A stretch of 64,000 nucleotides of DNA. Origin: Candidatus Marinacidobacterium sp. (GTDB lineage: Bacteria > Acidobacteriota > Vicinamibacteria > Marinacidobacterales > Marinacidobacteraceae). Each line of letters starts with the position of its first letter. Positions within the stretch are counted from its first letter, which is position 1. Position numbers and translations under genes: made by a program. Where the stretch lies: positions 1,760,001-1,824,000 of the forward strand of contig OZ242011.1 of NCBI GenBank assembly GCA_965204755.1, in the 5' to 3' direction. A model generated the notes under the pieces. It did no database searches, was not told the DNA's origin, and worked only from the letters and a program-made list of their open reading frames with translations. Below, one piece after another: positions 61,983 through 64,000 of the stretch.

Positions 61983-62509
61983 GGACGGCTCGAACTCGGC
62001 CGGCGCGCGGCCCGCGAACCGCCGGCCCGCGAACTGCCGGCCCGCGCAACCGCCCGGCGAACCGCCGCGCGGCAGGAGCGGACTACCTCGGCCCACGGCG
62101 CTTCGGCAAGGCCCCGGCGAGCCACCAGGACCAGGTCGCCGACCGGGCGCTCGGGGCTCCGGCGGTAGATCTCCCGCAGCCGGCGCTTCGCCCGGTTCCG
62201 CGCGACCGCCGACCCCACCCGCCGGCTGGCGACCACGCCGAGCCGCGAGCGGCGCCGGGCCGAGCCGGCGTCGGCCTCTCGCCGGGCGCCTCCCCCGGCA
62301 TCTCCCAAAAACGCCACCACCAGGTCACCGGCGCCGCGGCCGCCCCGGTCCATCACCCTCCGGAACTCCGGGGAGCGGCGAACCCGCTCCGACCTCGAAA
62401 GCCCCTGGGGAAGCCCCTCGGAAGACCTCTCGCTCCGGCGTTCGGCCGGCCGGCCTCCCGGCCCGCCGACCGGCGATGCGGCGGGACTCGACCCGGACGC
62501 CACCGGCAA
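61979..62509 (-). CDS. rnpA: RNase P protein component; start uncertain
   Basis: [25 protein letters not shown]. Confidence 0.9.
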   Translation of the reverse strand: MPVASGSSPAASPVGGPGGRPAERRSERSSEGLPQGLSRSERVRRSPEFRRVMDRGGRGAGDLVVAFLGDAGGGARREADAGSARRRSRLGVVASRRVGSAVARNRAKRRLREIYRRSPERPVGDLVLVARRGLAEAPWAEVVRSCRAAVRRAVARAGSSRAGGSRAARRPSSSRP

Positions 62510-62590
62510 GCGCTCGCAGCGAAGGGAAGCGGTTCCGGAACGGAACGGATCGCGGTAGGGAAAGGCGGGACGGAGAGGGGGCGCCCGCGC

Positions 62591-62725
62591 TCAGGCGGAG
62601 AGGCGCCGCCGCCCCCTCCGCCGGCGCCGCGCCAGGATCCGACGCCCGCCCGGAGTGCTCATGCGCGCCCGGAAACCATGCTTCCGCTTCCGCCGCCGAC
62701 GATTGGGCTGAAAGGTTCTCTTCAC
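62591..62725 (-). CDS. rpmH: 50S ribosomal protein L34
   Basis: Manual translation [44 protein letters not shown]. Confidence 0.97.
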   Translation of the reverse strand: MKRTFQPNRRRRKRKHGFRARMSTPGGRRILARRRRRGRRRLSA

Positions 62726-62808
62726 GGACTTCGCGACTCCAAACCGTTGAAAAAACGGAGATTAGAAAGACAAATCGCCGAAACGACAGCGCTACCGCGC
62801 AGCCGGAT

Positions 62809-62838
62809 AGGGTACTGCCCCCCCTAGTTTCATGTCAA
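62809..62838 (-). promoter_or_regulatory. Putative rpmH promoter
   Basis: TTGACA-N18-TACCCT on the minus strand. Confidence 0.55.
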
Positions 62839-63041
62839 GCCTCCGCAACTCCGCGCCGGAGGCCGAAAGAGCCCTCCTTACCGTTCTTGGACTTCCGACC
62901 CGCCCATTCGCGGGGGGCGTTCGGATAGCGGGAGGGGCCGAAACAGATTCCCCGGACGAGCAGGGAGGGGCCCCGAGCGGGGGTTCGCGGACGGCCCGGA
63001 GACAGGAACGACCGATGGAACTAGGGCAGGGAAAACGACCC

Positions 63042-63069
63042 TTGACTCGGTATCCGACCCTGCTAGTTT
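63042..63069 (+). promoter_or_regulatory. Putative dnaA promoter
   Basis: TTGACT-N16-TAGTTT with extended TGn. Confidence 0.5.
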
Positions 63070-63290
63070 CCGCCGCTCGCTCGCAGCGGGGCGGCCCCGG
63101 ACACCCCCCTTCGAGCCCCTTGGACGGCGGGTTCGAGCCGCCCCGAACTTCGGCGCCGGAACCGGATTTTCGGCGCTTCGAACCCGCCCGAGTCCCGTCT
63201 TCAGCCCCTCCTCGGTCGGCGCCGGACGCCGCCCGGCCTCGGCCGCCAGGCCGACGCCCCGACCGGCGTTCTCCGCTTCCCCACCTTGCC

Positions 63291-64000
63291 TTGACCCTAC
63301 GCCACAAGACTTCCGACCCGGCGGTCCGCGACTGCTGGAACGCGGCGATCTCCCGCATCCGCGAGACCCTCCCCGCCCGCGAATACCGAACCTGGTTCGC
63401 CCCGACCCGGTTCCTCGGCTCGGACGACGGCGCGATCCGCATCCTGGTGCCGAACCGCACCTTCGTGGCCAAGTTGGAGAACGGCTACGGCGCCCTTCTC
63501 CGGGAGACCCTCTCGCAGTGCGGAGCGCCCTCGACCGCGATCCGCTTCCGCATCTCCGGGACGCCGGTCCTCGCCACCTCCGACGCCGCCGGCGCGGAGC
63601 CCCAAGCCCACCCCATCACCCCGGAACACACCGACTCGATCCTCCGGGAGCCCGGCCCCGGCCTGATCGGGAACGGCCGGCTGGCCGAGAACCAGACCTT
63701 CGAGAGTTTCGTCGTCGGGGAGAGCAACCGCTTCGCCTTCGACGCCGCCCGTTCCGTCAGCAACCCCGGCATCGAGTACTCCCCCTACAACCCGCTGGTG
63801 ATCTACGGGCAGACCGGACTCGGCAAGACCCACCTGCTGAACGCGATCCGCCTCCGCGTCCGCGAACACAGCCCGGAACTCCGGGTCCTGGCCCTGAAGG
63901 GCGAGGCCTTCACCCGGCAGGTGGTGAGCGCCGCGCTGAGCAGCCGCCTCTTCGAACTCCGCGAGTGGTACAGCGGAGTGGATGTGTTCCTGGTGGACGA
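63291..64000 (+). CDS. dnaA: Chromosomal replication initiator DnaA (5' part, runs off window)
   Basis: YRTWF, VPN, TFESFVVGESNRFA, YNPLVIYGQTGLGKTHLLNAI. Confidence 0.95.
   Translation, partial: MTLRHKTSDPAVRDCWNAAISRIRETLPAREYRTWFAPTRFLGSDDGAIRILVPNRTFVAKLENGYGALLRETLSQCGAPSTAIRFRISGTPVLATSDAAGAEPQAHPITPEHTDSILREPGPGLIGNGRLAENQTFESFVVGESNRFAFDAARSVSNPGIEYSPYNPLVIYGQTGLGKTHLLNAIRLRVREHSPELRVLALKGEAFTRQVVSAALSSRLFELREWYSGVDVFLVD

Noticed and set aside
62005-62052. Imperfect ~15-bp tandem repeat (GGCCCGCGAAC...)
   Set aside because: Low-complexity tail within rnpA; no spacers, so not CRISPR.

Overview
High-GC bacterial chromosome segment ending at the replication-origin gene block (dnaA partial; rpmH-rnpA-yidD-yidC-rsmG-parS-parA-parB-bactofilin-atpF'FHAGDC). 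Gene order and a ~21-repeat ankyrin protein suggest an Acidobacteriota-like, possibly host-associated organism (inference only). Other contents: 5 tRNAs, thiI, three tandem paralogous secreted proteins, a peptidase/sodium-solute-symporter module, a broken C5-methyltransferase plus intact DUF4928-like gene, an arsS-type radical SAM operon with no arsM, ino1, an elbBCDE-type ether-lipid cluster flanked by fabH, a lipid kinase and a CDP-alcohol transferase, and an uncharacterised three-gene exported operon behind a near-consensus sigma70 promoter. The clearest sequence-level signal is an apparent window-wide purge of ACGT and AGCT. I saw AGCT only in tRNA D-arms, and even the parS site has lost its central ACGT. 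All calls come from reading by eye. No searches or counts were run, and most long GC-rich shadow ORFs were discarded.
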